A stretch of 64,000 bases of DNA from Mobula hypostoma. Lineage: Eukaryota. The DNA lies in NCBI RefSeq assembly GCF_963921235.1, contig NC_086108.1:10354001-10418000 (forward strand), written 5' to 3'. Shown in pieces: positions 23,825 to 36,873 of this stretch. Position 1 is the first letter of the stretch, and the number at the start of each line of letters is the position of its first letter. A model generated the notes under the pieces. That model did no database searches. It saw only the letters and a program-made list of their open reading frames with translations, and had not been told where the DNA came from. Both the position numbers and the translations under genes were made by a program.

Positions 23825-25740
23825 GCCAGTTAGAATGCTCTCCTTAGTACATCTGTAGATGTCTGCAAGTGTCTTTCATGACATACTAAATTGTCTCAAA
23901 TTCCTAATGAAATACAGCCACTGTCGTGACAACCTTGAACTTGCATCATTATGTTGGACCCAGGATAGGTCCTCAGAGATGTTGATACCCAGATGCCTGA
24001 AACTGCTCACTCTCTCTAAATCTGATCCCTCTATGAGGACTGTTGTGTGTTCCCTCGACTTACCCTTTCTGAAGTCCACAGCTCTTTGGTCTTACTGACA
24101 TTGAGTGCAAGGTTGCTGCTATGACACCACTCAACTAGCTGCTATATCTTGCTCCTGGACAGTCTGATTGTAATTGGACCTAACACGGAGGAATGGTAAA
24201 GATCAAGAGACACCAGAGATCGCAGATGGTGGAATTTGGACCAATACATAACCTGCCGGAGACACTCAACTGGCCGAGCAGTGTCTGGGTCAGTATTTTG
24301 GGTTAAAAGACTCTCAGCCTGGAACATTAATGATTCCTTTCCTCCCACAGCTCTTCCAAGTTTCTCCAGCAAGGTCAAAGTTCAAAGTAAATTTATAATA
24401 AAAGTACATATATCTCATCATATACCACCCTGAGATTCATTTCCTTGTGGGCAAGCTCAATAAATCTATTGAACAATAACCATTACAGTCAATGAAAGAC
24501 CACACCAAACTGGGTGTTCAACTAAACAACAAACTGAGCAAGTGCAAAAAGAAAGAAAGAAAGAATAATAATTATAATAAATAACAATGCGATAAATATT
24601 GAGATCATGAGATGAAGAGACCTTGAAAGTGAGTCCATAATTTGTGGGAACATTTCAATGACGGGTTAGACAAGTGAAGTTGAGTGCAGTTATCCCTTTT
24701 GGTTCAACAGCCTGATGGTTGAGGGGTAGTAACCGTTCCTGAATCTGGTGGTGTGGGTCCTGAGGTTCTTGTCAATTCTTCCTGATGGCAGGAGCAAGAA
24801 GGGAGCTTGTCCTGGGTGGTGAAGGTCCCTGAAATTGGAAGCTGCCTCCTGTGACCATGTTTCGTGTAGATGTGCTCAACGGTGGGGACGTTTGTTACTC
24901 CACACCAACTGCCTCTACATCCACCCCGTGCCATTAGGATGTCCATAACTGCACATAGTATCCCAGCTGTGTCCCATAGTCATAATATAAACCTGTGTTG
25001 ATTACTTTTCAATGTATAATTTATGTCACAAGATTCTGTGACAAGGCTCACAGATGGACAGGGGCTAAGCAGAAGTTCTGGTGTGCCCACATCCGCACGC
25101 TGACCTCCTTTTCACCCTCCGGGAACAGAACACAAAGAGAAAAATAACTAAAGAGAGTGAAACGTTAGATAAGTATAATTATTTGACAATTCCACTCAGC
25201 TGAAGACGTTATAATTTAGTCACATCGCCTGAGCTACAAGAACATTATCGAAGGTTAATTATGATACTTGGCAAACTTTCACCCACTGGTTCTAGAAATA
25301 TCTCTTCTCCCTGGAATTTCTGGCTATTATGCATTATGTTGACAAAACCCTCAATAAATTATGTGAAAATGCATTACCCATAAAATGTTTTGCACTTCCG
25401 AGAACAAAGGATTAATTCTGAGCAGATGTGTGGGAAGGGGAGTCACCCTTCTGGTTATGAGCAGCCACGTCAGTTGGTAATCCATTCTTGGATCTGTTCT
25501 GTCTCTTGTGTGGTAGGTGAATGACTCATTAGACAACAGATGGCCACTGCATCGGCATCTCACAAACCCCAACAATCAAGAACGAGGGACTTAGGTGTTG
25601 GCAAATACCACCAACGGCAAGGTCGTCCTCTGAGTCACATTGAGCCTTCGTTAGGAATGCCCCTCCGTTGACCTGGAACTCACTCCCCAACAACACAAGG
25701 GACTGCACCAGACACTGCAGTAGTTCAAAAATGAGGCCAT

Positions 25741-26840
25741 AAGGTCATAAGACCTAGGAGCAGAATTAGGCCATTCAGTCTATCTAATTATGGCTGATTT
25801 TATTCCCTCTTAACCCCATTCTCCTGCCATCTCCCTGTAACCTTTCAAGCCCTGATTAATCTAGAACATTCCTCTACTTTGCAGCTCTGCATCATGGTGC
25901 TAGATTCCCCTACCACAGGAAACATTCTTTTCACATCCTCTCTGTCGAGGCCTTTCAACATTTGATGGGTTTCAATGAGATCCCCCCTCATTCTTCTAAA
26001 TTCCAGTCAGTACAGACGCGGAGCCATCAAACACTCCCATATGATAACCCTTTCATTCTCTGAATCATTCCTGTGAACCTCTTCTAAAACCTTTCCAATG
26101 TCAGCACATCCTTTCTTAAATAGGGTGCCCAAGCTACAAGTGGGGCCTCAGCATTACATCCTTGCTTTTATACTCTAGCCCTCTTTAAATGAATGCCAAA
26201 ATTGCATTCACCTTCCTCACTACAATTCGATCTGTAAATTAACCTTTAGGGAGTCCTACACGCAGACTCCCAAATTTCTTTGTACCTTGGAATTCTGAAT
26301 TTTCTTCCTTTTAAGAAAATAGTATCTGCTTTCATTCCTTCTACGAAGTGCATGATGATACACTTCCCAACACTGTATCCCATCTGCCACCTCTTCTGTA
26401 TCCTCTGTGCTCCTCATCACTACCTTCCCTTCCATCTATATTTGTGTCATCCAAGAACCTTGGCCACAAAGTCATCAATTTCATCATCTAAATTGTTGAC
26501 ATACAACGTAAAAAGAATTGGGTCCAACATCGAAACTTGTGGAACAGCACTAGCCACTGGCAGCCAATCTGAAAAGGATCCCTTTTACTCCCACTCTTTG
26601 CCTCCTGCCAATCAGCCACTGCTAGAACCTTTCCTGTAATACTATGGACTTGTAGTTTGTTAAGCCGCCTCATGTATAGCACCTTGTCAAAGGCCTTCTG
26701 AAAATCCAAGCACACAGCATCCATCAATTCTCCTTAGTCTATCCTGCTTGTTATTTCTTCAAAACATTCCAACATATTTTTCAGGCAAGATTTTCCCTTA
26801 AGGAAACTATGCTGACTTTGGCCTATTTTGTAATGTTTCT
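25741..26840 (-). mobile_element. CR1 RT and 3' fragment
   Basis: SQHSFLKGKSCL, LDFQKAFDKV; CATAAGAC-type tail at the left end. Confidence 0.88.
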
Positions 26841-26849
26841 CCTGTGTAC

Positions 26850-29246
26850 GTACATCTACTGATGCTCCTGGACACATCTTCAGTGATGTTCCTGGAATCA
26901 TCGGGTGTTTCGGGTCTTTCAACATCATACAACCTCCTCTAGGTGACCCAGCCGGGGCTGATCAGACCCCAGCTTGTGTCCAGATGGCTAGCTACTTATG
27001 ACTCCATGGCTCCCCTCTTTTGAGCCACAGCCATCTTGAGGCCCTCTCTGCCACACCGGTGGTACTGCAGATGGCTCTCCTCTTCCTCTCTCCCTCGATG
27101 CCCAAAATGCTGAAGGCTCTAACTAAAGAATGAGCTATGAATCCCCTACAACCACCCTCCACTGGGAGACACCTCGCTCCCCATCCAGCCTGCTGACAGT
27201 TGCTGACCAGTCCTGCGTACTTGGAGAGCTTCCTTTCAAAGGCCTCTTCCAAGCTATCTTCCCTTGGGACTGTCAGCTCCAGCAGCACCACTTGCTTAGT
27301 AGCCTCAGACACTAGGACAATGTCTGGTCGCAGGGCCGTGGCTGCGATATGGTTGGGGAACTTCAGCTGCCCTTCGAGGTCCACCAACAGCTGCCAGTCC
27401 CTTGCAGAGGTCAGAATGCCTGCAGATGTTTTTTTGGCGAGTATTGGCTGCTCCCCAGCGCTGACAAAGGCAATGGTCCGCTTGAAGGGTCGGGACTGCT
27501 TCGCCCACTCAACTCCTGCGCTGACGGCTTCAGTGATGGTCTTCAGGACCTGATCATGCCTCCATCAGTACCGTCCTTCAACAAGTGCCCTTGCACAGCC
27601 GCTGAGGATGTGCTCCAGGGTTCCTTGCTTGGAGCACAGTGGGCACGCAGATGACTCTGCCTTGCCCCATGTGCGCAGGTTTGATGGGCTTGGAAGCACA
27701 TCATACACTGCCTGGATGAGAAATTGGATGCGGTGTGGTTCGGCTTTCCAAAGATCAGCCCAGGTCACTTTCCTCTCAACCGCATTCTCCTATCTTGTCC
27801 AAGCTCCCTGTTGCTTCATTCCCACCGCTTTGCAGGCTCTCATCTCCTCCACTACTGCTCTCACCTCCCCCTGAACTAGATGATGCCTCTCCTTCCCTCT
27901 GGTGTCCATTTGGGGAGTTGGAAAGGATCCTAGCCCAGCTCGGCCTCGTGTGACCACTCCCACCAGCCTCCTGTGACGCAGCCTCACCTCTGCCTCCTGA
28001 ACAGCTTCCTCTGCCCTCCACTTCCTGTCAGTAATTACTTGGATCCCTGCTCTAGCCACCTTCGGGTCACTTGAGTCCCTATACTGTAGCACTTCTCTGG
28101 CTCTTGTTACCTTGAATTCTTCCTCCAAGGATTTGAAGGGCAGTTGCAGTTTTTTGTGGTGTCCATAGAGTGCGATGCTGCTCAGGCTCTTTGGCAGCCC
28201 CAGCCATCTCCTGAGGTGGTTGCTAACCCTCCTCTCTAAGGTTTCAACTGTCGAGATCGGAACTGCATAGACGAGGAGGGGCCACAGGATTCTGGGAAGA
28301 ATGCCATGCTGATACACTCAGGCTTTAAACTTCCCAGGTAGGCCAGACTTGTCCACAGATTTCAACCAGCCATCCAACTCAGTGTAGGTTGCCTGAATGG
28401 ATGTTGTGTCCCTTAAAGAGCTGTCAAAAACTTTGCCTAAGCTCTTGACTGGCTTTTCTGTGATGGTTGGGATGGCTGTGCCTGCGATGCTGAACTGGAA
28501 CTTGTTCTCCACCTTCCCTTTCCTCAGCACCATCGATCTTGATTTGGCAGGTTTGAAACGCACCTGGGCCCACTCCACCAGCTTTTCGAGCCCTTGCAGA
28601 ATCCTCCGGCAGCCTGGGACTGATTCTGTGGTGACTGTGAGGTCATCCATGAATGCCCTGATAGGTGGTTGCCGTTGAGCGGAATTCATTCTGGGCCCTC
28701 TGCACTCTGGTTCAGCAGACTTAGTGAGCATGTTCATGGCCGGGGAGAACAGTGTCACTGAGATAGTGCACCCTGTGATGATGCCGATCTCCACCTTGTG
28801 CCAGGTTGATGTAATTGCTCCCGAAGAGACCCTCATCCTGAAGTTGCTGTAATAATCAGCGATAAGGTCTCTGATTCTGCTGGGGACGTGATATTTGGTC
28901 AGTGTGAGCTGCACCAGCTTGTGTGGAATGGAGCCATATGCGTTTGCCAGGTCGAGCCACAACACTGACAGGTTGCCCTTGTTCTCTCTGGCCTCCCTGA
29001 TGAGCTGTGTCACCACACCGATGTGCTCCTGACAGCCTGGCATCCCTGAAATGCCACCCTTCTGGACCGATGTATCAATATAGGTGTTCTTTGCTAGGTA
29101 GGTGCACAACCGGTTGGAAACTGCACTGAAGAAGATCTTCACCTCGACACACAGCAGGGAGATGATGTGAAACTGATCTATCTGGGTGGCATTTTCCTCC
29201 TTCGGGATCCACACCCCTTCAGACACTCTCCACTGTTCTGGGATCT
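26850..29246 (-). mobile_element. 5'-truncated Hero/R2-group non-LTR retrotransposon with restriction-like endonuclease, disrupted
   Basis: RT: LWLDLANAYGSIPH, GIITGCTIS, RAFMDD; CCHC knuckle CPLCSKQGTLEHILSGC; REL motif RPDIVL...LLELTVP...ERKLSKY; stop at 26992-26994. Confidence 0.9.
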
Positions 29247-29384
29247 TCTGAGGCTTTATAAGGCACTGGTGAGGCCTCAGTTGGAGTATTGTGAGCACTT
29301 TTGGGTTCCTTACCTAAGAAAGGATATGGTAGTATTGGAGAAGGTCCATGATAAAGACCCTGGAAATGATGAATGAGAACCTGG

Positions 29385-30320
29385 ATGGCAGAGGGGAAGA
29401 GGCTGTTCCTGAATCACTGAGTGTGTGCCTTCAGGCTCCTGTACCTACACCTTGATGATAACAGTGAGAAGAGGGCATGTCCTGGGTGCTGGATGCTATC
29501 TTCTTGGGGCATCGCTTTTTGAAGATGCCCTGGATGCTGGGGAGCTATTGATGGAGCCGGCTGAATTTACAGCTTTCTGCAGCTTTTCCTATCCTGTGCA
29601 GTGGCCCCTCCATACCAGACGGTGATGCAACCAGTCAGAATGTTCTCCACGATACATCTGTAGAAATTTGTGGGAGTCATTGGTGACATACAAAGTCTCC
29701 TCAAACTTCTAATAAAGTATAGCTGCTATCATGCCATGCTTGTAATATTGGGCCCAGGATAGATCTTCAGAGATGTTGATTCTCAGGAACTTGTAACTGC
29801 TCACCCAATCTACTGCTGAACCCTTAATATGGACTGGTGGGTATTTCCTTGACTTCTCCTTCCTGAATTCCAAAATCAATTTTTTGGTCTTGCTGACATT
29901 GAGTGCAAAGTCATTGTTGCGATACCACTCAATCACCTGATCTAATTCACTCCTAGATACCTCGTCATCACCATCCGAAATTCTGCCAACAATATTTGTG
30001 TCATTGGCAAATTTATAGATGGTGCCTGAGTTGTGCCTAGTCACGCAGTCGTGAGCATAGACAGGGTAGAGCAGTGAGCTGAGTACAGCAGTGTTGATTG
30101 TCAGCGAGGTGGAGATGTTATTTCTGATCTGTACAGACTGTGGTATCCTAGTGAGAAAGTCAAGGATCCAGTTGCAGGGGGAGATACGGAGGCCCAGGTT
30201 TTGGAGCTTGTTGATTAGAACTGAGTCTATGATTTTGTTGAACACTGAACTCTAATCAATAAACAGAAGCCTGACCTATTGTCTGGGTGGACCCAAGGCT
30301 GAGTGGCGAGCCAGGGAGAC
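29385..30320 (-). mobile_element. Rex1/Babar LINE RT fragment
   Basis: CNWILDFLT...YAHDC...YKFANDTNIVG...LNVSKTK. Confidence 0.85.
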
Positions 30321-31534
30321 TGCATATCTTAAGTAAAGTGTAGCCGTGGTCTTACATTGCTATTGCTATGAAGCATCTTGAACTTAATGCATTAGTTCAG
30401 TTTCTCTCTACATAGGTGCTGCCTGACCTACTGAGTATTTCAGCCATTTCCTGTTTTATCCCAGATTTGCAGAATCTGCAGTGCTTTGATTTTCATTCTC
30501 TGTTTCTACCTGGAATAACTAAGGAGGAGTTCAGGTTGGACTTGAGACACAGTTGGGCTCCAGCACTAACAACAGAGCAAACCTGCCTGTCATCTGAGCT
30601 AACACTCTCCTTTGGTGAGCCTGCGATAGCGAGGAGCTGTTGGATTGCACATTGTGGGAGTGAGATGTAAAAGAGCAGGCCTCAGCAGTCAGGAAATTCT
30701 GTGCGCTTGAAATCACGGGGTAATTAGGCACTTGGCAACAGCCAAAAAAAAAGAAGTCATGGTTGAAGAGGAGTGGCCATTGCATGAGTGGGCTAGCATT
30801 AGAGGGGAGGGCTTGATATTTTGGCTGAAGAAGCTTCAGGGAAGAAGGTGTGGAGGCTTACGTAAGTTTCAGATAAGCTTCTGTCTTTTATTATCATGCA
30901 CAGAAATAAGTGCAGGCACAATGAGAAACACTAAGTAAGACATACATACATGGTTCTGATTTGAAAAATACAATTCATTGAGGTGTGACAGCTGATAGCA
31001 AACACCATTAATAAGTTTCTATACACCTGGAGTGAAAGGAATAGGATTTCACACTTGGGATCGATTGATGTTCTGGGCCGAGTCCCTTAATCAGAACTCT
31101 GCCCAAGACATCTACTGTTTATTCCTCTCCATTGATGCTGCCCGACCTGCTGAGTTCCGCCAGCATTTTATGTGTGTTGCTCTGGATTTCCAGGCTCTGC
31201 AGATTCTCTTGTGCCCAGGATCAGTTGTTAGTTCGGATCTTTGGTTTTCGTTTTTCATTCTAATCGTGTTCTTCCTGGAAAATATTGTGTATAATTTCTG
31301 TCAATATTTTCTTGTGATCATCTGTTCATCCTGTGATGCTGTGGTAAGCTGTTCAGTGCTGGAAATAATTCGGAAGACATGTAGCTTGTCGGGGGGGTGG
31401 TCAATGGTTGGGTTGAGTTGTTCTCTGATCTTGGCAATTTGCTTGCAACTGTTTCATCACTACGCGAGGACACACTGTCAATGTGCTATTGATTGCGATG
31501 TGTCCTCTGAATGGTTTGCCTTTATATACTTATC

Positions 31535-32359
31535 CAGGGGTCCCCAACCTTTCTTGCACCGCGGAGCGGTTCAATATTGATAATATTCTTGCGGACCGGC
31601 CGACCGGTTGGGGGGAGAGGGGGAATGGTGCATTAATCACGACCGGAATGTAGGTGATAACTCAACTAAGTCACTTATAAGTGGCTATTACACTCAATTT
31701 CGTTTCGAAAAGGGTTTATCTAATGAATTCAATATTAAACACGCAGCGCATATTTTCCCCGTATGAACATATAAAATCATTGCAACACACCAATATTGCT
31801 GAATCAGTGGGAGCCCTGGGCTTGTTTCCCTGCAACAAGACGGTTCCATCGAGGGGTGATGGGAGACAGCGAAACTCGAAGGGGGTTCCTTGTGTCCAGT
31901 CTATTCCGCAATTTAGTTTTCGTTGCATTCATTGCAGAAAACCCCGCTTCGCAGAGATATGATATTGGAAATTGAAGCAACGTTTTCATTGCTTTCGTGG
32001 CTATCTCAGGATATTCAGCCTTGACTTTGATCCGGAATGCCGGCCGAGATGTTATATCATACATACATTTCAGCCCACTGTCATTTGCAAGCTCGAGGAG
32101 TTGATCTTCTTCCCGCCCTGACATGGATGACGCGTGGGTAATGACCTTGTGTGCATAATGACCTCGTGTGCGTAATGACCTCACGTGCATAATGACCTCG
32201 TGTGCGTAATGACCTCACATGCATTCATGTTCCAACAGTGGGCGTGACAGGGAGTGAGGAAAGGTGTAGCTGACTCATATCATGTCAATTCGCCAAATCA
32301 TATCGTTTCCTCGCAGCCCAGTAGCACATGCTTTGCGGCCCGCTGGTTGGGGACCACTG
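31535..32359 (-). mobile_element. Internally deleted hAT (Charlie/Buster-type) DNA transposon
   Basis: TIR CAGGGGTCCCCAACC / GGTTGGGGACCACTG; perfect 8-bp TSD TACTTATC (31527-31534, 32360-32367); hAT C-terminal dimerisation remnant YPEIATKA...SYLCEAGFS...KTKLRNRL...KQAQGSH; five 17-bp subterminal repeats TAATGACCTCGTGTGCG (32139-32224). Confidence 0.95.
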
Positions 32360-32417
32360 TACTTATCAATCAGCTGATTGGACATCTTTTCAGAAAATCA
32401 TTTGTGATATGGGGAGG

Positions 32418-32960
32418 AAGTCAAGTCAAGTCAAGTTTATTGTCATTTAACTCTATACATGTATATCGTCAAATGAGACATTTCTCCAGATCAGGGACGA
32501 AAGCACAGTAGTAGGCATACTGTAACACTCATATGAAAGTAAGGATAAAATCTACAGATGGATTACACATAAATGAACAAATTAAAGTGCACAAATTATA
32601 TTTTGTAAGGTACAGAACAGATTAACCTGGCCTGGGGCAAGAAACTGATTTTCCCAACCTGACTGTTTGTCGTTATGCATCAGAGTCTCCTGCCTGATGG
32701 TAGAAAGTCAAAGAGGATGCTGGATGGATGGGTGGGATCCTTGATAATACTAAAGTCCTTGTTGACTGATAAATATCCCTGATGGATGGTAGGGAGACAC
32801 CTATGATCCTCTCGTCTGTTCTCACAATCCTTTGTAGGGACTTCTGGCCTGATGCTCCCCTGCTCCCGTACCAGATGGGGACGCAACTTGTCAGCTTGCT
32901 CTCAATGGTGCTCTTGTAAAACTCAGTTAAGAAGTGGGGGGAGGTGCGGAGGGAGCCTCG
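32418..32960 (-). mobile_element. Rex1/Babar 3' fragment
   Basis: FYKSTIESKLTSC..WYG...LQRIVR; (AAGTC)n tail. Confidence 0.8.
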
Positions 32961-34941
32961 TGCAAACCTCTCACCAGGTTTGAATGCAAGCTTGGCACAT
33001 GAGTGGGGTCCGCTAAAAGCTCTGTGACTCAGCGGTGAGAAGGCCCCTTTCACAACCAATATACATCGCGGGTCGGTATAATTGGGGGTTCAGCCAAATG
33101 GGAACATCATGATGTTCCGAGTAAAGAAACCTCAATTTGAGCAAATGCTGTGTAAATATTGTCCATACAGCAAGATATAATCTTATCGTACACTGCATAA
33201 GATTATAAAGAATGCATATATACAAGGTTCAGCTTTATCAAACAGTTAATGGGAAAGAGAAAGGAAAAAAAAATTAAAGGGCCCATTACAGTTAAACCAG
33301 TCCAATGTGCACATGGAGTTGGGGCTTACCTAGAGTTGTCTTTACTCACGTATTGGACCCACGGTCTGTGTAAAAGCACACCCCATATTCCAAACTTTGC
33401 TTGAGATCCATCTTCACTGTTGCTCCCGCCGAAAGCCTCCAAATCAGACTACTGACCTTCAGAAATCCCTTCCCCACAGCTCTCTAGAACCTTCTCTCAC
33501 ATCCCACATACCTGATTGGCTGACTCACATTTCAAGGTTCGACAGTGTGTCCTCATCTTCAGCTGCAGCCACAACACACTTTCCACCGTGGACCAGCGCT
33601 TTTACAGAGAGCTGCTAATATAAACCACCTCACAGCACAGCAGTAGAAGTCTACGCTTGCTTTTCTCAGTCTCCCTAGGACGTGGAGACGCTGCTGTGCC
33701 TTCTTGTTCAGGGAGGCAGTGGTGAATTTTGCTTGCATCGGCTCATAAATAGAATCGAGGTCTACGTGTTTGTTTGCAGAAAACAATTGAGTGTGCATCT
33801 ATGAACTTGTGTGAACGATAGTAAATTTGACTTTTCTGGTATTAGGAGTGGTGAGGAAACATTAAGGCTTGGACTCCGGTCAAAGACCAGACATGATTTC
33901 ATTGAGTGAAGGAAGATGCCCGGGAGGCTGAATGTCCTCTTCCGGCCCTCGCGTTTCCAGTGAAGGGATTGCCTTCAAATAAATAAGAAATGTGTATCAC
34001 GTCACCCCCACAAAGTTCACATCCACACTGTTTATCAGTAATCTTCCAGGCTTCGATCTGCCTTCAAAAATTACTGTTCATATCAGGATGAGGTGATTCG
34101 AAGGCGCAGCAATCACTCGAGATCAGAATGATTTCACTTTCTGAGGCGCTGCAGTAATGGCCTTTCTCAGAGCCTCTGTTGTCTGAGCAATTTTTAAAAT
34201 AAATAACACATCTATCGGAGTCAACCTCTCCATGAGTCCCTGGCAGCCGGCTGTAACAAGTCTTTGCCCTGCTGTCAACAAATCCCTGCCTTTAGAAACT
34301 TCAACATAATCAAACCGTGCAAATTCTTCTGTTGCCTTCAATGTTTATTTTGGCCTTGTTTATTCATGAGATTATACAGTACAGTCGTAGGGTTTTGGTG
34401 CAAATCTGAAGGCACCGTCAACACTAATCCCATTTATTTTAATGCTAAATTGGTAAATTGGGTCATACACTGAGGTGCAATGGAAAACTTTGTTATGCAT
34501 GTATCCAAACAGATCATTTAATTACATCAGTGCATTGAGATAGTACAAAGTAAAACAACAACAGAATGCAGAATGAAGTGTAACAGCTACAGAGAAAGTG
34601 CAATGCAAATAAACAGTAAGGTGCAAGTTTATAACAAGGCAGTGCTGCCTGTTATGCCACTGGTGTTTAGGGCAGCAATGAAGGTCGTCCATCTCTGCTG
34701 GTGTTCAGGGCAAACTTCATCATGTCAGTAGCTTCCTCTTGGTTTTCACTACTGTCAGTCATGCAGGTCCTGCGTGGAAAATCAGGAATACCATTGCACT
34801 CAGATGTAGATGGCTTCTTCATTATACACAAAACCCTGGAGGAACTCAGCAGGACAGTGACCAGTGATGATTCGCAGGGATCTGTTCTGGGACCCCTCCT
34901 CTTTGTGATTTTTATAAATGACCTAGGTGAGGAAGTGGAAG

Positions 34942-35145
34942 CAACACACATCAAAGTTGCTGGTGAACACAGCAGGCCAGGCAGCATCTGTAGGAAGAGG
35001 TGCAGTCGACGAAGTCCTGACGAAGGGTCTCGGCCTGAAACGTCGACTGCACCTCTTCCTACAGATGCTGCCTGGCCTGCTGCGTTCACCAGCAACTTTG
35101 ATGTCTGTTGCTTGAATTTCCAGCATCTGCAGAATTCCTGTTGTT
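34942..35145 (+). mobile_element. Penelope-derived fold-back mini-element
   Basis: Inverted arms 34939-35011 / 35041-35113; 14-bp TSD TGAGGAAGTGGAAG (34928-34941, 35146-35159); 3' end CCAGCATCTGCAGA shared with the large Penelope. Confidence 0.9.
35013..35048 (+). ncRNA. Minimal type I hammerhead ribozyme motif
   Basis: AGTC-CTGACGA-AGGGTCTCGGCCT-GAAA-CGTC-GACT; all core nucleotides retained. Confidence 0.8.
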
Positions 35146-36873
35146 TGAGGAAGTGGAAGGGTGGGTTAGTAAATTTGTTGATGATACAAAGGTTGGGGGT
35201 GTTGTGGATATTCTGGAGGGCTGTCAGAGGTTAGAGCAGGACATTGATAGGATGCAGAACTGGGCTGAGAAGTGGCAGATGGAGTTCAACCCAGATACGT
35301 GTGAAGTGGTTCATTTCGGTAGGCCAGATCTGAAGACAGAATATAATATTAATAGTAAGACTCTTGGCAGTGTGGGGGATCAGTGAGATTTTGGGGTCCA
35401 TGTCCATAGGACACTCAAAGGTACTGTGCAAGTCGACAGTGTTGTTAAGAAGATGTATGGTGAGTTGGCCTTCATCAACCATGAGATTGAGTTCAAGAGC
35501 CACAAGGTAACGTTATAGCTGAATAAGACCTTAGTTAGGCCCCACTTGGAGTACTGTGTTCAATTCTGGTCACCTCAGAGGAAGGATGTGGGTACTATAG
35601 AGGGAGTGCAGAGGAGATTTACAAGGATGTTGTCTGGATTGGAGAGCGTGCCTTATGAGAATAGGTTGAGTGAACTTGGCCTTTTCTCCTTGGAGCGATG
35701 GAAGATGAGAGGTGACCTGATAGAGGTGTATAAGATGATGAGAGGCATTGATCGTGTGGATAGTCAGAGGCTTTTTCCCAGGGCTGAAATGGTTAGCACG
35801 AGGGGGCATAGTTTTAAGGTGCTTGGAAATAGGGACCGAGGGGATGTCAGGGGTGAGTTTTTCACACAAAGAGTGGTGGGTGCGTGGAATCCACTGCCAG
35901 CAATGGTAGTAGAGGTGGATACAATAGGGTCTTTTAAGAGACTCTTAGATATGTACATGGAGCTTAGGAAAATAGAGGCTATTCGGTAGTGAAATTCTAA
36001 GCAGTTCCTAGAGTAGGTTACATAGTTGGCACAGCATTGTAGGACAAAGGGCTTGTAATGTGCTGTGGATTTCTATATTCTATGTTCTATGTCAGGTAGT
36101 ATCTAAGGAGAAGAGTAAACCGTCGATGTTTTGGGCCGAGACCCTTCATCACGTTGCTTTGGATTTCCAGCATCTGCAGTTTTTCTCCTGTTAAATATTC
36201 TTCATTGCTGTTTCTGTAAAAAAATTATTTGATCTGTCAGGGTTAGCCCTGAACCGAACCCCAAACCCAGAGACCGGTGGACCACTCTTCGTCTGGCCTC
36301 TACCCTTTGACCTGGCATGGGTGACCCTACCAGGAGCCAAAGCATAAAGCCCTGACTCCAGCCAATGTAGGTCTCTGGGTCATTGAGGCACACAAGCCTC
36401 CAAACAAAATGTCAAGATTGTGGCCCTCTTGAAGATAATTAGTTAAAGCTCGCACTTTATTGTCTCTGCACAATCAACACTTAACTATGTTGACCCCAGG
36501 CCAACAATTTACAACATGAATTCTACTGTTCCTTCTGTACCAAAACTCATTCAGACCATTTCTCCAATTTATTACACTGAAATAAAGGATCTCCCATTGA
36601 CCAGATGATTGATCCTTTCTTCTCCCAGCCCCTACTAGTGAATCTCTGGAGTTGATGCTACCTTGTATTTGAAGCCTCTACTCTAATATTCATTCCTTAC
36701 CAGTTAAGATGTTGCATTTCAATGTGATTGGCTATGGGTCAGGTGACTGACCTTTAACACATTCTTATTGGCTTTGGTTCAAACCAGCATCCAGTTATTG
36801 CCCTTCTTCCGCAAGCGACAATTGCTAATTTATGTCTCTTTGTTTTCTTCGACTCTGACTAGTTTAAAGCAGT

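Larger units (their letters stand above)
34854..36091 (+). mobile_element. CR1 RT and 3' fragment
   Basis: QGSVLGPLLFVIFINDL, SKFVDDTK, LEYCVQFWSP; TTCTATG tail. Confidence 0.92.

Noticed and set aside
31804..32190. Domesticated ZBED/Buster-type host gene
   Set aside because: Only a C-terminal remnant, enclosed by TIRs and an 8-bp TSD
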